The translations under genes were made by a program, and so were the position numbers. DNA of 64,000 nucleotides from Octopus sinensis. Lineage: Eukaryota. The notes beneath the pieces are model-generated. The model saw only the letters and a list, made by a program, of their open reading frames with translations. It searched no databases and was not told where the DNA came from. How positions within the stretch are numbered: the first letter of the stretch is position 1; each line of letters opens with the position of its first letter. Shown here piece by piece: positions 1-12,421 of the stretch. The stretch is from NCBI RefSeq assembly GCF_006345805.1, contig NC_042998.1, positions 129,022,001 through 129,086,000 on the forward strand, in the 5' to 3' direction.

Positions 1-579
1 AAAAGTAGTAAATATCAAACTTGGTCTGCCAACGAACAGCGTATTTGAGAAACATCTAAGGAAAATATTCATTACAATATATATTAACTGTTACAGAATC
101 TTTTTCAGCAACAGCCAACTACACTATCATTTTCGTCGTCGTCGTCCTCCTCCTCCCCCTCCCCCTCCTCCTCCTCCTCCTCCCTTGTGTCTATGAATTT
201 TTTCTCTCACATTGTGTATGTGTACGTGTGTGTGTGTACGTGTGTATTTGTGCGCCTGTGTCTGTGTAACGTTCGTTTATTCCTTGCCTGCCACCAAGCC
301 TAATACGGGTATTCGCCCAGCACCTCTTGTGTTAATTTACTGTATCTCTCTTTTACTCTCATTTTCACTTTCCCTATGATGCAAAGCGTGGCTAGAGAAA
401 TCACCCAACCAAAAAACAAACAATCATTTGCACCGGCTGTTATTAGTTAGAGATACACGTGCAAACATAGTGCAGACACTCATAAGTGTGTATACACACA
501 CACACACACACATATATATATGTATATACGATATAAAATATATGCCAGTCAAGTCGGCAGATATGGAGGAATAATAATT

Positions 580-779
580 ATTTCTACTCTAGGCCCTGAA
601 AAGTTTTGTAAAAGGGGTTTGTCAATTACATTAACCCCAGTGCGTAACTGGCACTTATTTTATCGACCACAAAAGGATGAAAGGCAAAGTCGACCTCGGG
701 GGAATTTGAACTCAGAACGCAGCGGTAGATGAAATACCGCCAAACCTGGCGTGCTAACGATTCAGCCAGCTCGCCGCCT
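580..779 (-). mobile_element. tRNA-derived SINE, family A (Nin-domain-like core)
   Basis: Reverse complement begins ggcggcgagctggc...gttctgagttcaaatt...gtcgactttgcctttcatcctt; matches the many other copies in the window. Confidence 0.85.
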
Positions 780-1837
780 ATTCCTTTTACACTATTTCTT
801 TTACATTGCGCTATTCCTTTTACATTGAAGTTAGTTAATTATAGAGTACATTATTACAATTAAACGGTTTCAAAATACAATAACAAGTATTTAAAAACAG
901 ACTATCACAATCAAATTATTTCAAAATACATTCTTACATATTTCAAAATATATCCAAAACATTTTGCCTCAATCAAGTTATTTGAGGATTATATATTTCA
1001 AAGTAATGTTTGCATTCAAAGCATCTAAAAATACATTAACAAATATTCCATATACAAAAATACATAATTCATCATTCCAAAATACTTAATGAAAAACCGG
1101 TTTCATTTCTTATATGAGGTAGTCATTGTATTGTACACGTGTAATTGTTACTAGCCTTCATTTAATATACATCGGAAGTAACTTCGTTATAGACTTTCTT
1201 GGTAACAAGGAAGTAATATTATGTATGTTAGACCTAAATTACGCAAATTTTTGTACTGTACATACTAATCAAAGCGTCCACCAATGTTTCGTGGTATTTA
1301 CTCCGACTCTTTGCGAGCCGAATTCTCGTCATGATCTACCACTTGCTACGTAGGGTGCCTTTAGTGTCCTTTCTGTTTCATGCATTCGGTCCAGGTCACC
1401 AGTTTGACGATACCTTCCTCTTTTTTCTTACCAGTCTCAAAATCCTGTGAGGGGTCATTACTAAAAGACAAACTAAACCAATAAAAAAAAAATCCTGACT
1501 GCATTTCTATGTTCTACTATATGGATTTTATTTCAGAATGATCTAGTTTCTTTTAACAAGCGTAATTGTTCATCGGAAATGTATCATAACTTCAGGTTAC
1601 TCGTAACTGTGTTTTACTTTTGTGTTTCATGTGAAATATAAAACCATTACGTTATAACCTGGAAGAATTATAATTCTTGGTACATACATGCAGATATATA
1701 TATATATATATATGACACACACATGTACACGCATACACCCCACCACAATAATGGTTGTTTTACTTTCAGTTAGATTAAGATCAATTTTACATTACTCTGG
1801 TGGTTGCTCTATACTTTTGAAGTGTATAAATTTAAAA

Positions 1838-1958
1838 TTCTTGAATAAGAATATTATTGACTGTGACTTCAAAGTTTCAGCCAGTTAAGCCTTCGTCGGA
1901 TGATGGCTTAACTGGCAGAAGCTTCGAAGTTACAGTCAATAATATTCTTGATTAAGAA
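1838..1958. repeat. ~55-bp-arm palindrome built from two head-to-head truncated hammerhead-like units
   Basis: ttcttgaataagaatattattgactgtgacttcaaagtttcagccagttaagcc pairs with ggcttaactggcagaagcttcgaagttacagtcaataatattcttgattaagaa. Confidence 0.8.
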
Positions 1959-1971
1959 TAATATATTGTTG

Positions 1972-2337
1972 TGACCCCTTCGGTCATGAATGACCATGGG
2001 ATTGCACCTGCACAAGTCCGGGCAAGGTTGTTTATGGGAGACCAGCAGTCGCCCACTCATACCAGCCTCCCCTCTCCACGCCACCAGCAAGGAAAAGGAC
2101 GGCAAGGGAAAGTACCAGTGACGTCGCAGCGGCTGAACATTCCACAGACATGTGTACCCTCCAGCGTGACACAGAGTGTGACAAGGCTGGCACTTTGAAA
2201 TACAGGAAACAGGAAGAAAGAATGAGAGAAAGTTGTGGTGAAAGGGTACAGCAGGGTTCACCCCCTGTTGGAGCTTTTGGTGTTTTCGCCCAATAAACAC
2301 TCACAATGCCCGGTTTGGGAATCGAAACCGCGAGCGA
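1972..2337 (-). mobile_element. SINE-like element (family C-related tail)
   Basis: gaccccttcggtcatgaatgaccatgggattgcacc...gggagaccagcagtcgccca is shared with 22761-23055; B-box-like gggaatcgaaacc at the right end. Confidence 0.7.
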
Positions 2338-2351
2338 CCTATATATATATA

Positions 2352-2397
<46 letters not shown>

Positions 2398-2419
2398 ATA
2401 TATATATATATATATATGA

Positions 2420-2578
2420 TGGGTTACTTTCAGTTTCCGTTTACTAAATCCACTCACAAACTTTGATCGGCCCGAGGCTATAGTACAAGATAGTTGCTCG
2501 AAGTGCCACGCAGTAGGACTGAACCCCAAACTATGTGGTTGGGAAGCAAACATCTTACCACGCAACCACGCCTGCGCG
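2420..2578 (-). mobile_element. tRNA-derived SINE family B, head half
   Basis: ctttcagtttccgtttactaaatccactcaca...ggactgaaccc...cacgcctgcgc; same as the 35570-35731 segment, ends at a (TA)n tract. Confidence 0.85.
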
Positions 2579-3432
2579 TATACATATTCCTATATAACAA
2601 CGACTAGGGATATACGCGTATGTGGTTGTATGTTTACTTTTTAATATCAGTTATATAAATATACTTATGCCACTAGTATTTACATACGCACCTACATATA
2701 CATTATCTACGCCGTGAGAGAGAGAGAGAGAGAAAGAGAGAAATTCATGTACACACACACGCACACACGTTCACGCGCACGCACGCACATATGTGAGTAT
2801 ATGAGTGTGCATGTGTATGTAAATGTGTGTACATAAGTGTGCACGTATTTGCATGTCCTTATGTCGTGATTATATGTTTGTATGTTTGAAGATCGTTAAC
2901 GTTTCTTCATACATATCTACTTGGCGTTCCTTTTATAATCTCCTCTTAACTGCTTCTCTCCCATTACTAACATTTATTATTTCTTCCTTCTTACCTCCCT
3001 TTCTCTTCTCACTCTTGCTAATCCCATTTAATACATCCTTCACTAACATTCTGCATTTCTTTTTTTTTAATCTTACCGAGGATTCCCGAAATACTAGATC
3101 TCTCTTCTTCTTTACGACATAATATATTTGTATTATTTTTTGCTCGCGCAGAACATTATTAGTTTCCTAGGATTCTACTGTTTTAATATATAATTAAATT
3201 GAACTCCCTGTGAGCCGTATCCACGTCGCCATTCCTACTTTGGTGCCATTTTACTATACTTACGTTGATCAGTAAATTGTCTTTTCGAAATCATGAAATC
3301 TGATTTCTCAACCCTCATCCAGCCACTTAAATTAATTCTTAGATCTTCACATTTAACAGAAATTGCATATAAAAGGGCTGAATATGAATTATATTTGTAT
3401 ATGCAGACACAACTATACACATATACATATGC

Positions 3433-3535
<103 letters not shown>

Positions 3536-4119
3536 GATTGATCAATCTATGTGTATGAGTTTGAGTGCGTGTGTGTTTGTATGTTTTTCGTATCATGGTA
3601 TAGAAAAAAAATCAATATTTGCTTATAGAGGTAACGCAGATGATCTGTTCTTCCATTTCTCTCTTCCTGTCTACAGTAAAAAGTGTACAAATTACCAAAT
3701 ACCTACAGATATTATAAGAAGCATGTCATACACACCATCATGCATGCACACACACACACACACGCTGACACGCACTCAAACACACGTGTATATGTGTTGT
3801 TACTTTGGTTTCGTAACACATTTTCATGTTGCCACGTCCTTTACCAATTCTTGTAGAACACAGAAATTCTTACAGACATTCGGATGCCATCTGGACATAA
3901 TAATCTTAAATCCCCATGAGATCATATTCTCCTAGTTCTCAGTTCTATCTCCCCCATTATCTATATTCTGACTTACTGTGAAATTAGTAAACTTATTGAA
4001 AAAGATTTTAATATCGATAACTATCAATAGTGAAATCTTATTTTTCAAAATTACGCATAATAGTTATTCTATTATATTGTCTATTTAAATATAACAAAAT
4101 ATAGTATAGCGAATAATAA

Positions 4120-4320
4120 TTTTGGCACAAGGCCAGCAATTTCACAGGAGGGGATTAGTCGATTACATCGCCCCCAGTGTTCAACTGGTACTTATTTTAC
4201 CGACCCCGAAAGGATGAAAGGCAAAGTCTTCCTCGATGGCATTCGAACTCAAAACGTGGAGAGGGACCAAATGCCGCTAAGTATTTTGACCGGCAAGCTA
4301 ACGATTCTACCAGCTAGCCA
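4120..4320 (-). mobile_element. SINE family A
   Basis: ttttggcacaaggccagcaattt...cgaccccgaaaggatgaaaggcaaagtc. Confidence 0.85.
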
Positions 4321-4334
4321 TATTAGAAAATAAT

Positions 4335-4740
4335 AATAGTGGTAGCCGACAAGATGTACCACATGTGATATATAGTTGATATTGCATGCCCCTTTGACCC
4401 ACGAATAGTCAAGAAGGAAGGCGAAAAATAGATAAATACAACCCTCTTAAGTACGAAAGAGCCCGGCTATGGAAAATGAAGAAGGTGAATATAGTACCCA
4501 ATTATTGTTGGGTCTTTGGGAATAATATCAGAATGCATCAAGAGGAATATCAAGGAAATTGGAATAGAGTGATCAGAAGAACTGTTACAAAAGGTTTGCC
4601 TCCTTGGCACGGCCAAAATAACCAGGAAAGTATTAAATACTTCAAAAGAAAAGATAGCATGGTACCGTAGGCTGTAGGTAGCAAGCCCGCTATACATGCA
4701 AGACTCCAGGAGTTCCAGCAAAATATGTGATAAAAAGAAA
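4335..4740 (+). mobile_element. 3' fragment of R4/Dong-like non-LTR retrotransposon (restriction-like endonuclease), decayed
   Basis: Manual translation across frameshifts: IVDIACPFDPRIVKKEGEK..DKYNPLKYE.ARLWKMKKVNIVP.IVGSLG; ends at a (TAA)n tract. Confidence 0.75.
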
Positions 4741-4748
4741 TAATAATG

Positions 4749-4818
<70 letters not shown>

Positions 4819-4880
4819 TAATAATAATGATGATGATATCAATAATGACAACAACAACAACAACAATAATGATAATAATA
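4741..4880. repeat. (TAA)n/(CAA)n microsatellite
   Basis: Direct reading. Confidence 0.95.
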
Positions 4881-5158
4881 AAAGGGTGTTAGAAACATCT
4901 AGATAACATTCCAGGACAACCAAAAGATTGTGCTGACAAATACTGCCCACATCCTCAGAAAAACCCTATTCATTTAAATGTCTGTGTTGTATTACATGAA
5001 GATATTTCGCTACTGCCCCTGCAACTTCACCTCCCCAACTTTTCAGTCATACTGTAATATCTCATAGTCGTCGCTCGCCCTAGAACGCTGGGTGTGCCTC
5101 GGCAACTGATTGTAACAAATATGCAGCTTAAAAGTTAAATAACAATAATAAAAATAAC
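4881..5158 (+). mobile_element. Extreme 3' end of a second R4/Dong-like LINE
   Basis: QKIVLTNTAHILRKTLFI* resembles QKIALLGTAHILRRTLSIQ* at ~44660-44724; 3' UTR ends in aataacaataat. Confidence 0.65.
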
Positions 5159-5159
5159 A

Positions 5160-5375
5160 ATCCTTTCTACTAAAGGCACAAGGCCAGAAATTTGGGGGAG
5201 GGGAGTTGTCGATTACATCGACTCTAATGCTTCACCGGTACTTAATTTATCGACCCCCGAAAGGTTGAAAGGCAAAGTCGGCCTCGGCGGAATTTGAATT
5301 GAGAATGTAGCGGCAGACGAAATACCGCTAAGCATTTCGCCCGGCGTGCTAACGTTTCTGCCAGCTGACCGCCTT
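5160..5375 (-). mobile_element. SINE family A
   Basis: tcctttctactaaaggcacaaggcc...ctgccagctgaccgcc. Confidence 0.88.
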
Positions 5376-5749
5376 AAATTCGGGCATAATAGTAAAATGC
5401 AATGGTTGATTTAGTGATTAAACTGTACGTAACAGAATAATGTCTCTGTAATTTTTGAATCAGCATATAAAAATTGATCATTTTCACCTCATAAATATGG
5501 AACTTTTTGTCGCAGACCTGAAGAATTTTTATTGATATATGGATTTATTGTGGGATTTGGTTCTCAGATGATCCAAAGGAAACATGAATAGATACAAGCA
5601 CCTCCAAAACGGACAATTAAATGACTGCAACTATGCATTTTGCTCGTCTGAAGTTCCTATGGTTTCAAACTCTACAGAGACATGATGTAAACAATTGATG
5701 AAATTCCAAGTAAAGCCGTTAGTAGTCCTGGAGAGAAAGATTGATTATA

Positions 5750-5785
<36 letters not shown>

Positions 5786-5797
5786 TGTATGTATGTA

Positions 5798-5828
<31 letters not shown>

Positions 5829-6071
5829 TGTGTGTGTGTGTGTGTGTGTGTGTGGCGGACTCCAGCACTCGGGCTATTCGGGCTCAGTAAATTTAGTAAA
5901 TTGAACTTGTATTTGCAAGCTGATATAATTTCTGCCAACATTGACTTCAAGAATGTAATTGCAGCCAATAACTCGGGCTCCTTTTATTGAGCCTGGTCGC
6001 AGTTCAATTATTTTCGTTCAGCGTCTGATGGTCGTCTTCGAGGTGCCTTGTGTCAAAAAGTATCATTGGTA

Positions 6072-7360
6072 CGAGGGGCGTTCAATAAGTAATGCCTCTG
6101 ACCCACTTGAAGTTGTTTGACCTAGCTAAAAGTTTGCATGTGCAATTATTTATATCTCTATAGATTAAGTGGAAAATTACAGCTCTGAACTAATTGTGGT
6201 TTCTGATTTACAGGTGTTTGAACTGAGTCAAGTGTGAAATGGAGCCTGTTGAGTGTCGAGCAGTGATCCGGTTTTTGTATTTGAAAGGACGCACACCCCG
6301 GGAGACTTTTGATGAAATGAAAGTAACTTATGGTGATGATGCCCCATCATATGACCTTTTAAAACGCTGGCATCGTGAATTCAAACATGGTCGGAACTCT
6401 GTGGAAACACCTCCCAGATCTGGTCGTCCCCCTTCTGCCATTGATGAGGCATCTGTCCGTCAAGTTGAGGCTGCCATTTTGGAAGATCGACGCATAACTA
6501 TTCGCCAAATAGCCCATGAGGTCAAGATTAGTACCGGGTCTGTGGAAACTATCATTCATGACCATTTGCATATGCAAAAAGTGTCTGCCAGATGGATTCC
6601 CAGGTTGCTCACACCTTTCCAGAAGCAAGAACGCGTCGAGTGCTCGAGGATGAATTTGGAGATGTGCCAAGAAGATGAGTCAAAATTTTTCAAAAGACTG
6701 ATTACACAGGATGAAACCTGGGTCCATCACTATGATCCAGAGACCAAAGCCAGTCAATGCAGTGGAAGCACCGTGACTCACCTCCTCCAAAGAAGGCAAG
6801 GGTGCAGCCCTCCGCTGGCAAGGTCATGCTCACAGTCTTCTGGGACCAGGACGGAGTAGTGATGACAGATTTCCTGGCAAAGGGTACCACAATTACAGGA
6901 GCCTATTATGCTTCACTTTTGAGGAAATTAAGAGAAGCTATCAAAATCAAGAGGCGGGGCAAGATCAGCAAAGGCATCCTCCTCTTGCAGGACAACGCTC
7001 CGGTCCACAACTCGCGTGTCGCCAGATCAGAAGCACAGGCGTGCGGCTATGAACTCCTCCCCCATCCCCCTACTCTCCTGACCTTGCACCCTCTGATTTT
7101 CACCTCTTCCCAATCATGAAGTTGTTTTTGAAAGGAAAGCGTTTCCCAGATGATGCAGCCTTGATTTCCGAAGTCACGTTGAGGTTGGAGGACCAAGCTG
7201 GGTTCTTCTACAAAAACGGTCTCCAGAGCCGCATCAAACGATGGGAGAAATGCGTAACTCTGGGTGGTTCCTATGTAGAAACAGACTAATAACTGCCAAG
7301 TTTCGTTGCTCTACTGCTATGGGAAGTGGGTCAGGGGCATTACTTATTGAACGCCCCTCG
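6072..7360 (+). mobile_element. mariner DNA transposon, full length (~1.29 kb)
   Basis: TIRs cgaggggcgttcaataagtaatgcc / ggcattacttattgaacgcccctcg; TA target duplication at 6070-6071 and 7361-7362; internal transposase. Confidence 0.96.
6239..7289 (+). pseudogene. mariner DD34D transposase, two single-base frameshifts
   Basis: N-terminal HTH region; WIPRLL, ITQDETWVHHYDPE, LLQDNAPVH and (after a shift) YSPDLAPSDFHLF motifs; TAA stop at 7287-7289. Confidence 0.92.
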
Positions 7361-7682
7361 TAGCAGACGTTCTCTCGACATCGTTCACACGCGCCTCACT
7401 CGGCCTCACAAGTTACTGTTCGAGTTGTCATCTATAATCGTAAAAATTAAAAGTAATTCAAATTCTATGTAATTTAAATTCCAATCTATGAACAGTTTCC
7501 GTTCTACAATATTCTTAAAGGAACAAAAATATATCCAGCAACTCGGGCTGATACGAACAAGCCTGGTAGGAAGTAAAAGACTAACTGGCATCTCTCGTCA
7601 AGAGTACAGGCAACAGTCAGATTGCTGATGTTTGTTGTGCACTCCGCCGTTGTTATTTGTTTGCTGTTATTCTCTGCATCTC

Positions 7683-7977
7683 TGTGTAAAGATCAGTTGT
7701 GTTTTGCGGGGTTGCTTTATTTTAACCCTTAACTTAGGAATAGAGAAATACAGAGCTAGATATAAAAAAAAAATAAGCCATAGAAATATTGCGGAAAAAA
7801 GTAAAATTTCATCATTCAGGCTCATCACGGATTTCGCATAAAAATTTCACGTCTTTCTGCAATATTTCTAGCCTCAAATGGCATTATTTTTTTAATATCT
7901 AGCTCTATGTCTTTCTCCATTTCTATGTTAAGGGTTAAAATAAAGCAACACTGCAAAACACAACTGATCTTCGCACA
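7683..7977. repeat. Imperfect foldback (~130-bp arms), MITE-like
   Basis: aagatcagttgtgttttgc...ttgctttattttaacccttaac pairs with gttaagggttaaaataaagcaa...gcaaaacacaactgatctt. Confidence 0.85.
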
Positions 7978-7978
7978 C

Positions 7979-8103
7979 TGACCAATTGTTTCGCATCCAC
8001 AAAGCATTTAACCTTATAGACGACTCGTTAGACTCCAGCTGTCGTGGAGTCTGACAAGTCGTTTATAAGGCTAAGCGCTTTATGGATGCGAAACAATTGG
8101 TCA
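7979..8103. repeat. Near-perfect hairpin (~59-bp arms, 7-nt loop)
   Basis: tgaccaattgtttcgcatcca...agactcca-gctgtcg-tggagtct...tggatgcgaaacaattggtca. Confidence 0.9.
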
Positions 8104-9038
8104 CTCTATGACCGGTGCTATTTTGATTTTTGATTTTTCCAGTTTCAGCTCATGAGCTGTGGCCATGCTGGGGCACCGCCATATAATTAACATTACTGCT
8201 CTGACTTTCAGAGTGTGCTTCTTTTTCGGATATATGCACGCGTGTGTATATAGATGTGCATATACACATCAATATATAATCGTAAGATTTCGCAAAAAAA
8301 TATTTGATATACTCACAATATATCAAGAAAGATTTACTTAGAAAAACATAGCGATATGAAACTTTTGGAAGGAATTCTTCGTATTGTGTGTGTAAATTTT
8401 TCAAACAAACGTGTTATTTGTGTGTGCATGTGTGTATATGTGCGAGTTCATGCCTGTATGTATGATGCGTGTGTCTGATTCTTTTTGTTGTTTCTGACTG
8501 AAAAAAGAAAACGGTGTTTTCGTTTATATATAAAACAGTAGTGCGGTATATAAAGTTCTCTGAAACAGGCAGAAGACATTTTATTTTTTAAAAAAATAGA
8601 GAAAACGGGTTGGGGTGAAATGATAAGCTAAAAGACCTCAACGTTGTGTTACTGTATGGCCGCCGTCCTATGGCTAAAGCAAAAGTACAAAAGTACACAC
8701 ACACACATGCACACACAGTTTCGCACAAGAAGTGTGCTGCATCTTTAGGCATACAAACATTGGAAACATGTTATGATCCTTCTCAACTGTGAATTTATCC
8801 TCATTCTTTCATTTATTTTATTTTATGGCTTTCGAACTGGTGAGCTTATATTTTATTGAACGATGGAGTGTGAGTAAATAAATAGATTTTATCTAATATA
8901 ACGGTTGCACTGAGTTTCAAAAGACATATAAATCATTATCAAAGCTTGTATTTGTATATTTTTTAAAGATATATATATATATTTTATGTATATATATATA
9001 TTTTATGTATATATATTTTATATATATTTTTTAAAAGC

Positions 9039-9069
<31 letters not shown>

Positions 9070-9835
9070 TATATACATATATATATATATGTGTGTGTGT
9101 GTGTGTATGTATGTATTCGTATGTAAAGTTTAAAGTAATGTCTATCTTTACAAACATGATGAATACCACACCACGTAAAAACTAGAATGTATTTTATAAT
9201 ATAATTTATCAGTATTTTCTTTTTCCTGAAATTTAAAATATCAATGGTGAAAGAAACAGCAATAACTACGTAACCGACAACAGCTCAGAATATAAATAAA
9301 TACCTGCAAAAAATAAACCTACATTATTAAATTCAGAAACACTTAATAACAGCAACAACTGTAACAACATGGAGGATAGTTATTGCTTGGAATATACGGT
9401 AAAACTATTTAATCAAGTGAAGCACAATGGACTTAGTTCTATGGTAGAGAATGAGAGTCAAATATAGAAGAAAAAAAACAGAAAATGAAAACGGGCAATG
9501 AAATATAACAGAATTTTTTTAAAAAGGTCTTTTGAGATAGAACATATTTAAGAAACACTTGCAAATACAAATATAATACACAACATATGCACTTATATAG
9601 AAGCATATGTGTACATATATATGTGTGTGCATATGCATGCATACATACATACATACATACATACATACATACATTATATATATATATATATATATTTACA
9701 CACCACTCATGCATTTATATGAAAACTAGAATGCATTTTATAATATATATATATACATATACATTTATGTAATTATATCCATCTATCTATCTATCTATCT
9801 ATCTATCTATATATCTATCTATCTATCTATCTATC

Positions 9836-9895
<60 letters not shown>

Positions 9896-9941
9896 GTTCA
9901 CACGCACACACCTGCATATAAATATATAAACAGACATGTGC

Positions 9942-10013
<72 letters not shown>

Positions 10014-10294
10014 TATAATTTTGTTGTTATCAAACATGTTTTTTAAACCTAGTTTAACGCAAGCTTACTAGATTGTGGATTGTGGTCAGTTGTTGCGAAT
10101 GTCTTGCGTGTTATAGAAGATTGAATCCTTTGATTACAACTTATGGTTGGTATGAGGGAATCAGACCGAGTGGGTAGAGAGCGGAGAGTGATTTTCACTG
10201 TTGAAGATCACAGAGAAATATATAATTGTGTATGTGAATGCGTTTTTGTATGTGTGAGTTTCGATTTATATACGTGTATACATACATACATACA

Positions 10295-10415
<121 letters not shown>

Positions 10416-11627
10416 ACGTCCCTATATATAAATGTATGTATGTATATATATATATGCATGTATGTATATACATATTTGCGTATATATGTATATATAGAAA
10501 TGCATGTATATATATATATATATATATACAGAGAGAGAGAGGGAAGGGATGTAGAAAGAGGCCAACAAACGTACATATGTGTATATTTACATACACAAAT
10601 TCATATCTACTCTCTATCTTTCTATCTATATATACATATAGATTTGTGTGTGTGTGTGTGTTCGATATATAAGTGTATGTATATAAAACAGACAGACAGA
10701 AGGAGATGAAAGAGAGGTATAAAGGAGAGAGATAGAAAATTTGAATAAACACGCGAGGCAACAGATAGGTAAAAATAGACGAATAAAGAAAAAAAGAAAG
10801 AGAAAACAAAAAGAAATAAAATAGCATCGAATGAAAAATGCAAAAAAAATGTAATCAATGTGCAACTGAAAAAATAATATAGATCAGGAAAGTAAAAGTG
10901 TGTTTGATTGATGCAGCAATGAGTAAAGCGAAACACACCGATGTCAATATTCGTCAGGAAGGAATATCGCCTATGTAGTTTTCACGTGATGCTTTAGTCG
11001 AGTAGCCATGTTGATTGTTAGCTTAGTGGTTTGCTGAAGGGCATCATAGTAGATCTCTTATGTTCTTGTGTTCAGACTGGATAGGCTGTATCGAATCGAA
11101 TCTTCATTATCTATCTATCTATCTATCTCCATCTATCTATCTACCTATCCATCTGTGTATATATATTTGAATACATATATATTTGAATATATATATATAT
11201 ATATATATATATTGAATACATACATATATATATATATCTCCTCTCTCTCTCTCTTCCGTTGCTTCTCTTTCTTTTCTTTTCTCTCTTCTCTGTCACGTGA
11301 CTGCTGGCCGAAATCTGCCTTTCAGCTTCTGACCAGCGTCGTGTTAACATCGTTGTTTTTCGTCCGCCGCTATAGGCATCGCCGATAAGGCTCCTTTCCT
11401 TGCGCCAGAGAAATAATTTGTTTGCTTGTTATCAGTCGTAAGACACTTGTTGTTGTTTTCACCGTTAATGCTTCTGTATTTCATGTTTCTGTGTTCCATT
11501 ATTTTTTTGTTTTTTTATATTCGTCCCTTTTGCTGTCCTGGTGTCCGTATGCATTCGATCCTTCTTCCAGGAAATCTACGCTCCCAGCTTAGTTTTTCTA
11601 ATGCTCGCTGCTTAGTTTTTCTTGGAG

Positions 11628-11720
11628 GGCTGGCCGTGATCTAGTAATCTCAAGATTAATCAGCCGAAATTACTACGATGATCCGGTTCTTGACTGAAGA
11701 CTGAGGGTTTCGAATGTCCT
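11628..11720 (+). ncRNA. Putative hammerhead ribozyme with non-canonical strand order
   Basis: TAGTAA-TC-TCAAGA...CAGCC-GAAA-TTACTA...TCTTGA-CTGAAGA; stems I and III covary with the homolog at 53261-53355. Confidence 0.65.
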
Positions 11721-11788
11721 GTCCGTGTTTATTGTATCGTCTTCTAAGAGTTATACGTTCTTGTCCATGTTGTATTTTTCTACATACC

Positions 11789-11849
<61 letters not shown>

Positions 11850-12000
11850 ATATATATATATATTTGAATACATACATATATATATACATATATATATTGG
11901 TAAAAACGGTAAGATAACAAAAGAAAGAAAGAGACCTCAATATTATGTAAATAGAGGAAATTTATCTATAAAATAAAATGTTACATTTACTCAATAGTCA

Positions 12001-12063
12001 AGATAAAACTCTGAGTTTCAGATGCCGAAGTGGAAATCCACAACACCATCTCTTCGGTTATCT
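12001..12063 (-). ncRNA. Type I hammerhead ribozyme variant (U4C)
   Basis: Minus strand: AGATAA-CCGAAGA-GATGGTGTTGTGGATTTCCACTTCGGCATC-T-GAAA-CTCAGAG-TT-TTATCT; 6-bp stem I. Confidence 0.65.
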
Positions 12064-12386
12064 GGCCATCTGAAAAACGCTATGAAAAAATACCGTTATA
12101 TAAGGGGAAATTACTGTGTTATAATTCTGCTCGCGAACCCACGTGCGTACTTATACGTCACTATGAAAACGTACACATTTTTACTCGCATTTTTCGCCAA
12201 ATATATACGCATATATATACAAACTTATACACACACACATGCGTACCGTAAAAGTTCATACATACGTCTATATACGCACAAGCACAAGAAAAACCATGGT
12301 TAAAGGTAACAGAAAAAACATAAGGAAGTATACAAAGCATAAAAACCACGTTCATATACGGACATATATATATATATAATATATAT

Positions 12387-12421
<35 letters not shown>

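Noticed and set aside
5855-6060. Possible hAT dimerisation-domain remnant (ADIISANIDFKNVI)
   Set aside because: Too short, with no TIRs or further motifs to support it.
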